Part shown: positions 49,247 to 59,800 of the stretch, one piece after another
How positions within the stretch are numbered: the first letter of the stretch is position 1
Layout of the letters: each line of letters begins with the position of its first letter
Source of the DNA: Gammaproteobacteria bacterium
GTDB lineage: Bacteria > Pseudomonadota > Gammaproteobacteria > CBDBNL01 > JAAOII01
Assembly: GCA_965209035.1 (NCBI GenBank)
Contig: OZ242372.1
Location: 960,001-1,024,000 of the forward strand
Length of the DNA stretch: 64,000 nucleotides
Direction of reading: 5' to 3'
Position numbers and translations under genes: made by a program
The notes under the pieces: generated by a model
What the model saw: only the letters and a program-made list of their open reading frames with translations
Told to the model about the DNA's origin: nothing
Database searches by the model: none

Positions 49247-49714
49247 CTAAGTCGCCGCAGCATGCGTAAGGCTCGCCAGCACTTCGGCCGCATGTCCCGG
49301 CACCTTGACCTTACGCCATTCTTTGGTTAAAATTCCGCCGGCTGCCAGCAAAAAAGTGCTTCTTTCTATGCCACGCACCTTCTTTCCGTACATATTCTTA
49401 TCCCGCATCACATCAAACAATCCGCACAGTTCTTCCTTCGGGTCGGCGATCAACGGGAACGGCAATTCCAACTTTTTGGCAAACTTATGGTGTGATGCCA
49501 ATGTGTCGCGCGAGATGCCGAACACACGCACTCCTTTGTCAAGAAACTCCCCGTGAAGATCGCGAAAATCCTCGTTCTCGCGGGTGCAACCGGAAGTATT
49601 GTCACGCGGATAAAAAAAGAGTACCAAAACCCTGTCCGTATTCTCCGCCAAAGAAAAGACCCCTGCGGTAGATTCGGCGGAAAATTGCGGAACAGCGGAA
49701 CCCATCTTAACCAT
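49247..49714 (-). CDS. bcp: Peroxiredoxin (Bcp/PrxQ)
   Basis: FFYPRDNTSGCT.E, GIERSTFL, WRKVKVPGH. Confidence 0.93.
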   Translation of the reverse strand: MVKMGSAVPQFSAESTAGVFSLAENTDRVLVLFFYPRDNTSGCTRENEDFRDLHGEFLDKGVRVFGISRDTLASHHKFAKKLELPFPLIADPKEELCGLFDVMRDKNMYGKKVRGIERSTFLLAAGGILTKEWRKVKVPGHAAEVLASLTHAAAT

Positions 49715-50677
49715 TACGATTAAAGCGTTGCAACCGCCGGCAATTCCCGCATAACCCGGCAGGCACCAAAAGCAGTTTGTTATACATATGTTTTATTGAT
49801 CATTCATCTTTCATTATTAAAAAAAATTAAAAAAGCGGGGATATATTAACGCATCCGGTATGCCCAAATATATAAAATCCTATTCAAAGAAAAAACGACC
49901 ACCGGCAAGTAACCACCTCTTTTATTTTACCGATTATTATACACAAACGCATTTTATGTGAATGTGAATGTGAATTGGTCCGCCCACCCCGTCCTGCGCC
50001 CGGGCCCGGGAACTCCATAAAAGGAGGCGAATCTGACAGGAATCCAAGCGGCGATTGGGGTAATTGGGTTTAGGTAGTTAGGTAGTTTAGGCGGTTTAGA
50101 GTGAGTGGGCAGGCAGTCGCTTGGCTTCCCGCCTCCGCAAAAAACCTCCCTGTTTTTTTCCAAACAGAAAAGGGCTGTCTTACTGTTCCCTCTTCCCGGC
50201 CTACCTGCCTTGGGCTGTGAGTCCGCCCGGCATCAAGCTGACCGCTTCATCCGCAGGCCGGCATTAACAAAGACTGCAGTGAGCGGCGATACAATCCGCT
50301 CGGCAACCGCCCGCCAAATAACATTCACATTATTAACATTAAAGGAAGGGTTGATAGAAAGATAAAAATTTGGAATATCATTACGAACGCCCTGTGCCGA
50401 TGCCGGGCGGGGCAGTCGGCCGCGTGTTCCTCTCGCCGACCGAACCGATAAAAAGTGTAGTTGATTCATCTCTTGTTTTATTTAATTGTAGTTATGTATT
50501 TTTATAAAAGAATTTCGTATCCTTTAATTATAAACCTATTTCCAAAGCCTTTCTGAAATTATGCAAAATGCGCATTTGCGTCAAACCCCAAATAATCATT
50601 TTAAAGTTGCCTGTTCTTGCCGCAAATTTTTGGAATATTCCATTGTGTTGATGCAAAACCGTAAAAACGGATAGCCC

Positions 50678-51265
50678 TCACAAAAACAGCAACCCAATGG
50701 ACAGAACCAACAAGGATGCCATCGCCCAATTAAACACAGCCAGCGCGCGCGGTGATTGAAGATAACGCCGCAGAAAAAACCCGAGAGATGTCCAAAAGAA
50801 CAATCCGGGAATAATGACAACAACAAAGACCGCGGCAATAGACAAGGCATTCCACAAGTAAAACCAACCGGGATTACCAAACCAGGCGAAGACCGATATA
50901 CTCATCGCCCAGGCCTTAACATTCAAATATTGGAACAAGAATGCTTCGTAGAATCGCAAGGGTTGCTTCATTTTGTCCTCGGTGGCAACTCGACCCGCCC
51001 GAACGATTCTGTATGCGATGAACAAAATATAAAAAGCGCCACACCACCGCAACAAAGGAAAAAGAGCGGGATGATTTTGAAAAATGGAACCCAGGCCGCT
51101 ACCCACAAGAATGAGTATGGAAAAAACACCTGACAGAATGCCGGCGATATGTGGCAGTGTTCGCCGTAAGCCAAAATTGGTGCCGGATGCCATCAACATA
51201 ATGTTATTTGGCCCCGGCGTGCCGCCGGCAACAAAGGCGAACAGGGCAAGAGCAAGGAAGTTCAT
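50678..51265 (-). CDS. LysE family translocator
   Basis: TPGPNNIMLMASG.NFG.RRT.PH, FQYLN.KAW, FN..MA.LL. Confidence 0.92.
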   Translation of the reverse strand: MNFLALALFAFVAGGTPGPNNIMLMASGTNFGLRRTLPHIAGILSGVFSILILVGSGLGSIFQNHPALFPLLRWCGAFYILFIAYRIVRAGRVATEDKMKQPLRFYEAFLFQYLNVKAWAMSISVFAWFGNPGWFYLWNALSIAAVFVVVIIPGLFFWTSLGFFLRRYLQSPRALAVFNWAMASLLVLSIGLLFL

Positions 51266-51384
51266 TCCAACTATTTTAGACCATTTAACGGGTCTGTTCT
51301 ATCCCCGGATAATCCTTGTATAATCTCCGCCCCGTCCGCCGGAACCGCTGGCTCTTTGATCTGAGAACGCACAATGAATGCACA

Positions 51385-51955
51385 ATGAATGCCAAACTCA
51401 GCGTCCAAAACCTTGCCGAGATCATGCATGCACCTGTCCAAGATTTTCGCCCCCAAAGATCCGATATCCGATTGGGGATCTCTTCCAACTTTCTCATCTC
51501 TCTCATATCCCTCATATCCCCCTTATATAAGTATCTTATATAGAGACCACAGACACCTTGGCGAACATCCGAACATCCGGCAAGGCAAATATTGCCAACG
51601 AACTTATAAGCGACAAGTTAATCGGTAACTTAAACGGCAATTTAAGCGACCGGGTGATTAAGAACATCGGAAAAATAGGATACAAACGCGGCGACTTGAT
51701 ATAAAATACTTTCAATACAAATTGAAAATAGTCCTCCATATGAAACCTTTTATTGTAATTTTTTTGCAAACCTTTAATAAAAAAACATCGCCACCGGGTA
51801 TGTCTCTTCTCCAAATCACCCGGGGCAATTTGTGCAAACCCTTCTCCAAAATAAAGAACAGGTATCTTACCGGCAATCAAACCGGCAAGATGTTTTCAAA
51901 ATACAAGAGTTACAGATTAATTGTTTTGGAACAGGACCCAAACCGGCATGGATAG
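51385..51955 (+). pseudogene. Decayed tandem paralog of the downstream methyltransferase
   Basis: 3' part encodes KPFSKIKNRYLTGNQTGKMFSKYKSYRLIVLE vs KPFFKIKEKYLAGHRTGKVFAKFKSYRLIVLE in the intact gene; only weak, frame-broken similarity upstream. Confidence 0.7.
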
Positions 51956-52814
51956 CAAAGAATTCGGCTTGGTGTTCGCTCAAAAACTGACCGGCATTGA
52001 ACATCTTCATTTCGGCTTCTGGGAAAAAGGAGAAGCCCCGAAAATCTCCGCCCTGTTTAAAGCACAGGAAAAGTATGCCCGGATGCTTGCGGACATCATC
52101 AAAAAGCATACTCGCGGAAAAACAGCACCGCGTCTGTTGGATGTCGGACCCGGCAGCGGAACAATGATCCGCCGACTGACCGAAGCCGGCTATGTCGTTG
52201 ACGGTGTGACACCCTCAAAATATCTTTACGAAGAAATGAAGGAACGGTTGAAAACTCTGAAAAAGTCACCGTCCAAAAGGCGGGACTTTTTGTGCCGCTT
52301 TGAAGAATTACCGCAACACAACCCCCGGCACAAGTATGACCTGGTTTACTGCAGCGAAAGTTTTCAATACTTAAAATTGCAAGAAGCATTACCCGTCTTA
52401 CGGCAAATCCTCGTGCCGGGCGGAAAAGTCGTCATCTGTGATTTTTTTAAACGCAATAACAAGCCGGTTCCCGGACAAATGGGCGGCGGTCATCTGTTGG
52501 CGAGTTTTTACACAAAAGTTTCCGCGGCCGGCTTCCGGCTCGTTTCCGACCGCGACATCACCGAAAACACAAGTCCGACCATTGATATGCTGGATCATCT
52601 CGTCCGCCAAAGGCTGCTGCCATCCCTGGAAATCACCGACCTGTTTCTGAAAGCACGACACAAGATCCTCTATTCTTGCTTGCGGTTTCTCTTCCGCAAG
52701 CCCTTCTTCAAAATTAAAGAAAAATATCTTGCCGGACATCGCACCGGCAAGGTGTTTGCAAAATTTAAGAGTTACAGATTAATCGTTTTGGAGCGCGGTC
52801 CGGCGGCGCATTAA
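51948..52814 (+). CDS. Class I SAM-dependent methyltransferase (tocopherol/sterol-MT-like)
   Basis: HLHFGFW, LDVGPGSG, YD....SESFQY, L.PGG..VICDFF. Confidence 0.88.
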   Translation: MDSKEFGLVFAQKLTGIEHLHFGFWEKGEAPKISALFKAQEKYARMLADIIKKHTRGKTAPRLLDVGPGSGTMIRRLTEAGYVVDGVTPSKYLYEEMKERLKTLKKSPSKRRDFLCRFEELPQHNPRHKYDLVYCSESFQYLKLQEALPVLRQILVPGGKVVICDFFKRNNKPVPGQMGGGHLLASFYTKVSAAGFRLVSDRDITENTSPTIDMLDHLVRQRLLPSLEITDLFLKARHKILYSCLRFLFRKPFFKIKEKYLAGHRTGKVFAKFKSYRLIVLERGPAAH

Positions 52815-52916
52815 TTAAAAGAAAAAAGAAAAAGACGGCCGGGCACCGACCGGGTGTTTGCAAAATTTAAGAGTTACAGATTAATCGTCTTGGAGCGCGG
52901 TCCGGCAGCGCATTAA
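52751..52916. repeat. 64-bp direct repeat of the methyltransferase 3' end
   Basis: 52751-52814 vs 52853-52916, two mismatches. Confidence 0.92.
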
Positions 52917-53018
52917 AAGAAGCAAGAAAAGAAAAAGACTACCGTACCAAGTCGCCGGCACAGACAATCAACGACTTATCCGCTTGCCACTTGCCCGCCG
53001 GCACAAACCGGCGAGATA

Positions 53019-54122
53019 TTAGTGGAAAAATTTCTTCAGTTGCTCCGTCCAGCGTGTGCCGCCCGGCGAATGTTTTTTACCGTTCTTCTCCAAACTGGCT
53101 TTCAGTTGCGCGAGAAGTTCTTTTTGTTCGGCATTCAGGTTCACCGGCGTCTCCGTCCGAATTTGACATAACAGGTTGCCGCGCGGCCCTCCTTGCGGAT
53201 CCGGCATCCCTTTGCCGCGCAACCGCAAGACATCCCCGGCTTGCGTCCCGGGCGGCACCTTAACGGAAATCTTGCCGTCCGGCAAGGGCAGCAATACCTT
53301 GCAGCCCAACGCGGCATCCGCCAGATGGACCGGCATCTCACACAACAGGTCCGCCCCATCGTGTTGAAAAATGGGATGGGAGCGAACCCGCACCAACACA
53401 TACAGATCACCGGCACGCCCGCCGCCAAACTCACCCTGACCTTGCATGCGGATTCTGTCGCCGTCATGAATACCCGCGGGGATTTTCACCCGAATCTCTT
53501 TCTCTTGCAAAACAACACCCTTGCCGCCGCAATCGGCGCAGGCTTGTTTAATCCGTTTGCCGCGCCCGCCGCAAGACGGGCAGGGTTGCTGCATACTGAA
53601 CATCCCGCGCTGCACGCGCAGGATACCGCCGCCGCCGCACTTCTCGCAGGTTTTAAACTCCGTCCCGCCCTTGGCGCCGGTTCCCTTGCAGACGGCGCAT
53701 GCCTGTTTAAGGCGGACTCTAAGCGTTTTCGCGACCCCTTTGTATGCCTCCTCAAAACTGACGGTCACGCGTTGGGCAACATCCGCGCCGCCGCGCGTTC
53801 TAGCACCGGACTGTCCGAAAATCTCATCAAAACCATCAAAAATACTGCTTAAATCCGGCCCCTGTGAAAAACCGCCGCCATTGCTGCCACCAAACCCGCC
53901 GAAAGGAGAATCCCCGGCACCCCCTCTGTCGTATTGGGCCCGCTTGTCGGCGTCGCCGAGGATACTGTATGCGTGATTGATTTTTTTCAGGCTGGCTTCC
54001 GCCGTCTTATCGCCGCCGGTCTTATCGGGATGATGTTTCGTTGCCAGTCGGCGATAAGCCTTCTTAATACTGTCGGCATCCGCGCCGCTTTCCACACCAA
54101 GAATAGAATAAAGATCTTCCAT
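53019..54122 (-). CDS. dnaJ: Chaperone DnaJ
   Basis: J-domain with HPD, G/F region, four CxxCxGxG repeats, C-terminal domain. Confidence 0.96.
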   Translation of the reverse strand: MEDLYSILGVESGADADSIKKAYRRLATKHHPDKTGGDKTAEASLKKINHAYSILGDADKRAQYDRGGAGDSPFGGFGGSNGGGFSQGPDLSSIFDGFDEIFGQSGARTRGGADVAQRVTVSFEEAYKGVAKTLRVRLKQACAVCKGTGAKGGTEFKTCEKCGGGGILRVQRGMFSMQQPCPSCGGRGKRIKQACADCGGKGVVLQEKEIRVKIPAGIHDGDRIRMQGQGEFGGGRAGDLYVLVRVRSHPIFQHDGADLLCEMPVHLADAALGCKVLLPLPDGKISVKVPPGTQAGDVLRLRGKGMPDPQGGPRGNLLCQIRTETPVNLNAEQKELLAQLKASLEKNGKKHSPGGTRWTEQLKKFFH

Positions 54123-54158
54123 GTTTAAATATTATAGGGTCAGGCGGACCCCTTCTCA

Positions 54159-54833
54159 TCAATGGGCGGAATACTTGCCGTGCCGATGCAAAACATCGAT
54201 CTTGCCTTTCGCCGCCTTGGCATCTTCGCGATCATGTGTCACCAATATGCACGGCAAGCAGGCTTCGCGAATATGAGAAAAAACAAACCGGCGAAAACGC
54301 AGACGCAGCGAAGCATCCAATTTATTGAACGGCTCGTCCAACAGAACCGCTTTGGGCAGTGCCAGCAGAGTGCGCATCATCGTCACCCGGGCGCGCTGGC
54401 CGCCCGACAGAGTTGCGGGATCACGCTCCCCGAATCCCGCCATGCCAATATGAGCCAGTGCTTCTTTAATTTTTTCTCGTCGATCCCGCCGCCCCCCGGA
54501 ACCCGCCGCCAAACCAAACGCCAAATTCTCGGCAACGGACAAGTGCGGGAACAACAGATCATCTTGAAACAGAATACCAATCCGCCGTTTCTCCGGCGGA
54601 TGACCCGTGATGTCCTCGCCATCCAAAAGAACTCGCCCCTCGGTTTCAAATTCCCGTCCCAGGGTGCCGCAGATAAACCCCAACAGAGTGGATTTTCCGG
54701 TCCCGCTTTCGCCCATTATGGTCAGGGTTTCGCCGCCACGGATACGCAACGACAAGTTTTCTGCCAGAGTTTGGCCGTGAATTCGGATATGCACGCCGCG
54801 CAATTCCAGCGACATTTTTTTGCTTTCCTTCAT
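54159..54833 (-). CDS. ABC transporter ATP-binding protein, YnjD-like
   Basis: GESGTGKST, LFQDDLLFPHLSV, LSGGQRARV, LLDEPF, VTHD; ATGA overlap with the upstream permease. Confidence 0.88.
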   Translation of the reverse strand: MKESKKMSLELRGVHIRIHGQTLAENLSLRIRGGETLTIMGESGTGKSTLLGFICGTLGREFETEGRVLLDGEDITGHPPEKRRIGILFQDDLLFPHLSVAENLAFGLAAGSGGRRDRREKIKEALAHIGMAGFGERDPATLSGGQRARVTMMRTLLALPKAVLLDEPFNKLDASLRLRFRRFVFSHIREACLPCILVTHDREDAKAAKGKIDVLHRHGKYSAH

Positions 54834-56536
54834 ATGCGCAGACCTTGCCTGTTTCTTGCTTGCAAACTTGGTAACAGCAACGCAATACAAAAAACGACAA
54901 ACGGTATGACAGACTGAAACACTCCCGTCACACCGATAATACGCCGGTCACCGCCCGAAGCCAAATTGACCATTTCCGTGGTCAGAGTCACCACATGCCC
55001 TTTGCCGGGAATGAGGGTAGGCAAGTACTCGTTGATACTCACCGCAAACGCGATGGCAAAGGCGTAAACGAGAGAGCGGAACATAATCGGCAACTTAACC
55101 GCAAACAAAGTGCGCCAGCGCGACGCGCCGAGACACCAACCAATCCGCTCGTAGCGCGCATCCAATCGCCGATAAGACAACCCGATGATCAGGTAAACAT
55201 ACGGCAGGCTGTAAATCCAGTGCGCCCAAAGGACCTTCCAAAATTCGGGTATCCTCAATTTTAGCAACAACACATCAAATCCGAACATAAACACAATCTG
55301 CGGAATGAAAAGGGGGAAGTAAAAACAGAGTGCCGGAATACGGATTTGATGAAGATGCAAGTACTCCAACATTCCGACAATGACGATAACCGCAAACAGC
55401 GAAACAACCGCCGCAATCAAAATACTGTTGAAAATCGGCGCACACAGATAACAGTTAATCCAGTAGGTGGCTTGCCAGCTGTCGGGTATCAGGGCGGGAA
55501 ACCGCCAGATGCCGGCGAAAGACCAGACCAACATCATCAGCAGGCTACCGAATCCAAACAGCACCATGACCGCCAACAACAAAAAAGAAACCGTTTTTTG
55601 TACCAAATGGCGACCGCCGCGCTTCCCGTTAACGACAAGACGCCGATAGATCTTTCCGGCCGGGAATTCCGAAAGCAACCAAAGGAGCGCGACCATGCCT
55701 ACCGAAACCGAAAGAAGGACCCCGCCGGCGGCGGCTGTCATGCGCTGTGTCAAATCATCGCCGCGAAACCACTGTAATAGCCGCACCGCCAAGGGCGGCG
55801 GCGCATTCGGCGCCAAGATCAACGCAATATCCACATTAACCAGCGAAAAAATCAGAATAATAAACAACGGCAGCCGAATGTGCGGATAGACTTGCGGCCA
55901 GATCACTTTCCACCAGGTAGCCAGCGGATGATATCCCAAGGAAGCCGCCACCCGAAGATGGGCGGTCGCGTTCGTGCGCGTCAATGCCCCGTTAATCACA
56001 AACAACAAAAACGGAATCTCCTTAAGACAAAGGAGAAAAATCATCACCAGCCCCCAATGATCCGGCACAGGCGGAAACAGCGGCGGCTGTTGCCAGCCGA
56101 ACAAGGGCGCAAACAAACGCATCAAAAAACCGCTTGGCACCAGCAAAAAAGCCAAACCGGCGGCAAGTGTCAGATGCGGTATGGCAAGCAACGGCGCCAG
56201 GAAATTCTGCAGAGTCTTGTAACGACCCTGCGTATGACAAAAAGCGACAATGAGCATGGACGCTATCAAAGTAATCAGAGTGGATCCCAAGCCGATGACA
56301 AGTGTAAGCCGAACCGATGTCATAAGACCCGGCGCGGACAGCACCGCATGCCAGGCATTCCAACCAAACGCATCAAAGCCCAGAACGGGCAGGTAATCCC
56401 ATGCGGGCAGAATAACGCCGACCATACCGGCAATCAACGGTAGAAAGAAGGCAAACCCCAGCAACCAGAGGCTCCAAGCCGCCGTCAAACCGAACAAGAA
56501 CCCGACAAGAGGGTGACGCTCTGAATGGTTTGTCAA
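54830..56536 (-). CDS. ABC transporter permease, YnjC-like
   Basis: LLAIPH, L.PSG...R, KEIPFLL, W.FP...P, FAVS...YLPTL. Confidence 0.85.
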   Translation of the reverse strand: MTNHSERHPLVGFLFGLTAAWSLWLLGFAFFLPLIAGMVGVILPAWDYLPVLGFDAFGWNAWHAVLSAPGLMTSVRLTLVIGLGSTLITLIASMLIVAFCHTQGRYKTLQNFLAPLLAIPHLTLAAGLAFLLVPSGFLMRLFAPLFGWQQPPLFPPVPDHWGLVMIFLLCLKEIPFLLFVINGALTRTNATAHLRVAASLGYHPLATWWKVIWPQVYPHIRLPLFIILIFSLVNVDIALILAPNAPPPLAVRLLQWFRGDDLTQRMTAAAGGVLLSVSVGMVALLWLLSEFPAGKIYRRLVVNGKRGGRHLVQKTVSFLLLAVMVLFGFGSLLMMLVWSFAGIWRFPALIPDSWQATYWINCYLCAPIFNSILIAAVVSLFAVIVIVGMLEYLHLHQIRIPALCFYFPLFIPQIVFMFGFDVLLLKLRIPEFWKVLWAHWIYSLPYVYLIIGLSYRRLDARYERIGWCLGASRWRTLFAVKLPIMFRSLVYAFAIAFAVSINEYLPTLIPGKGHVVTLTTEMVNLASGGDRRIIGVTGVFQSVIPFVVFCIALLLPSLQARNRQGLRI

Positions 56537-56592
56537 TGTATCAACCGGTGATTTATGATCATACTTACAAGAGAAAAGAGTTATAACTTTTT

Positions 56593-56619
56593 ATTATAAG
56601 AATGCCCGCCCGGTGTCAA
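56593..56619 (-). promoter_or_regulatory. Possible sigma70 promoter for the ynjCD-like genes
   Basis: TTGACA-N15-TATAAT on the minus strand about 57 nt before the start; perfect hexamers but short spacer. Confidence 0.4.
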
Positions 56620-56853
56620 TAGAAAGAAATACCCGAACTATTTTGAATATTTTTTGAATATTGCCGCGTTTGCGAAAGAAAAACGACTTGACTTTTAAAG
56701 CTGTGATTGGCAAGATATGGAACTTTTTTCGGTATAAAAATATATCAAAGACGAGCAAAAAACGGCAATTATTTTGTAAATTGGTGTTATAATTAACCTT
56801 ATGGAATTTTTTTCTCAATTCAAAATTAACAACTATTAACTATTAAATCAGCC

Positions 56854-59800
56854 GTGATGCATAAGTTTAACTTTTTATCGGTTCGGCCGGCTTATTTTTT
56901 GACAAGCATGTTGGCTTTGCTTCTTGCCGGTTGTGCCGTCGGCGGTGGCAGCTCCGGTGTAGCGGACAGCTGCTCGTTTATCAACAATTCGACACAAAAT
57001 GATAACGATCTGGATGGGTTCACAGATTCTTGTGATGTGGATGACAATAATAACGGCCTGATAGAAATCCGCACTTTGGATGACTTGGCGCGGCTGCGCG
57101 ATGACCTAGATGGTAATGGGACAGACGATGGCAATATTGACGAGATTACCGCCGTGGGTTCCATTGGTTGCCCGCCTGCCGGTTGTGTCGGTTATGAGTT
57201 AACCCGCTCGTTGAATTTTAGCCTGGCCGCATCTTACAAGGAGAACAGCGGCAACCGCGCTGTTTGGACGAGTGGCAGTGGTTGGCAGCCGATCGGCTCC
57301 TGTTCCGGTCCGGATAATTGCACCGCTTGGACGGGTGTGTTTGATGGCGGGGGTTATACTCTTACCGGTCTGTTTGTCTCTGCGGATAATCGCACTTTCG
57401 GTGTGGGCTTGTTTGGTGCGTTCGCCGGTCGTCTTCAAAATCTGCATCTCCGGGATGCGAGCGTCAATGGCGGTGCCCTTTATGTGGGCTCGCTGGCAGG
57501 CTATGGCGGGAATGCCGGTTATGAGTATCTGTCGGTTACGGCTAGCCGTGTAATGAGCCCGTCGGCCGGCTATGTGGGCGGACTGATTGGGGACGGTCGC
57601 AATGCGAATATTCGCTATGCGAATGTATCCGGCACGGATGTTGCCGGGGATTCTGATGTTGGCGGCCTGGTTGGATTGGGTTACGCGGCGGACATTCGCT
57701 ATGCTCGTACTTCCGGCGGAAGTGTTGCGGGAAATCGCAGCCGGGTTGGCGGACTGGTCGGGGTTGGTCTGGATGCGGATATTCGCGATGCTTATGTGTC
57801 CGGCACAAATGTTTCCGGGAGGAATGAGGTTGGCGGCCTGGTCGGGGTTGGAGAGGAGGCGGATATTCGCAATGCTTATGTGTCCGGCACAGATGTTGCC
57901 GGGAGGAATGATGTTGGCGGCCTGGTCGGGGTTGGTCGGGAGGCAGATATTCGCAATGCTTATGCCTACGGCGGAAGCGTTACCGGAAATCGCAGGGTTG
58001 GCGGCCTGGTCGGGCACGGGTCCCTTGCGACTATTCGTTATTCCTATGCGGCCACCGGTCCTGTTTCCGCTAACCGCAGTGGCGGTGGCTTGATTGGTTC
58101 CGTCTATCTCGGGGCACCCGCAGTCACAGATTCCTATTGGGATAATCAAACCACCGGGCAGCCGTCCGGCGGCGTCGGCAGTGGCAGCGGGCAAACCACT
58201 TTTCAACTACAGTACCCGACCGGGTTCACCGGCATTTACGAGTCCTGGGGCAATCTTTGGTGCAACCCGGCCACCGGCGAGCAAAGGACAAATTCTTCCC
58301 AACCGTCCGGATTTGTGCCTGTCTGGGATCTTGGCAGGAATTTCCAATACCCCGTTTTGAACTGCCTTCCCGTCAGTGCGGAACAGCAGCGGCAAAACCA
58401 TGTTCAAGACCCGAACCAAGACCAAGACCTGGATAATATCCCGAATGAGGCGGATGCTTGTCCGACCGGTGTGACCGGCTGGACTTCTACGGGAGACACG
58501 GATGCTGACGGCGATGGTTGTCGTGACAGCGATGAAGATGCATTCCCAACAGACGCATGTGCGAACATCGACACGGATAATGACAACCAACCGGACAGGC
58601 TCGTCGCCGGTTGTGCTACCGACCTAACCGAAGATACGGACGATGACAATGATAGTCTGGCGGATGAGGCGGATGCCTGTCCGGCCGGTGTGACCGGCTG
58701 GAATTCCACGGACAGCAATCTTGATTCCGACGCGGACGGTTGTCGTGACAGCGATGAGGACCGGGATGACGACAATAACGGATTGATGGAAATTGACAAT
58801 TTGGACGAGTTAGCCCTGTTGCGCGATGATCTGCACGGCGAAGGCAGAGACAGTGAGGGTAATCTTGCAACCAGAGGCTGTCCGCAGTCCGGTTGTCTGG
58901 GTTACGAATTGACCCGCTCGCTCGATTTTGAAGAATCGAGTTCCTATGCTACCGGCAGTGCAAATATGGATGCATGGACAATGGACGACCTGGGTGGCTG
59001 GACGCCGATCGGTTCCTGTTCTGCCGGCAGTAGTTCACAGGCTGATGATTGCGTGTCCTATACGGGAATATTTGACGGCAATCACTATGATATTGACCAT
59101 CTTAGAATTTCCGCGGATGATGATACGAACGGAGTCGGTTTGTTTGGTGCTGTGACGGGTACTATTCAAAACTTGGATCTGTTGAATGTGTTTGTCGGCG
59201 GAGGCGCCAATGCTGTTGGTATGCTGGCGGGCTATGGTTCCGGCGCTCGTTTTCAAAATATCAGCGCGACGGGAAGAGTGGATAGCCCCGGGGCACGAAG
59301 CGTCGGCGGGCTGGTTGGTTTTGGGGAAAGGGTGACTATTCGTGATTCCGATGTGTCCGTGTTTAGAAACTCTGTTCTTGGTTCCGGTAGTATCGGCGGG
59401 CTGGTCGGGCATGGATCCTTTGTGACTATTCGTGATTCCCATGTGTCCGGGTCGAACAAAAATACTCGATCTGTTCACGGTCGCGGCAATGCCGGCGGAC
59501 TGATCGGGTTTGGGCCCTCTGCAACAATTCGCGATTCCCGGGTGACCAATGCGGAGATTAGCGGCACCGGAAGTGGCGGCGGACTGATCGGGTATGGGCC
59601 CTTTGCAACGATTCGTGATTCCCGTGTGTCCGACGTGGGTATTAGAGGAGGATTCGTTGGCGGGGGGCTGATCGGGTCCGGGTCCTCTGCGAATATTAGT
59701 TATTCCAATGTATCCGGAGACACCTTCGATCATTCTCGTATATCTTTCAGCAATGATATTGAGGGTGCGATTGCCGGCGGTTTGGTCGGGCTTGGATCCT

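Noticed and set aside
50279-50300. lac operator-like GTGAGCGG...ACAAT
   Set aside because: Partial match with wrong spacing and no vector or lac context
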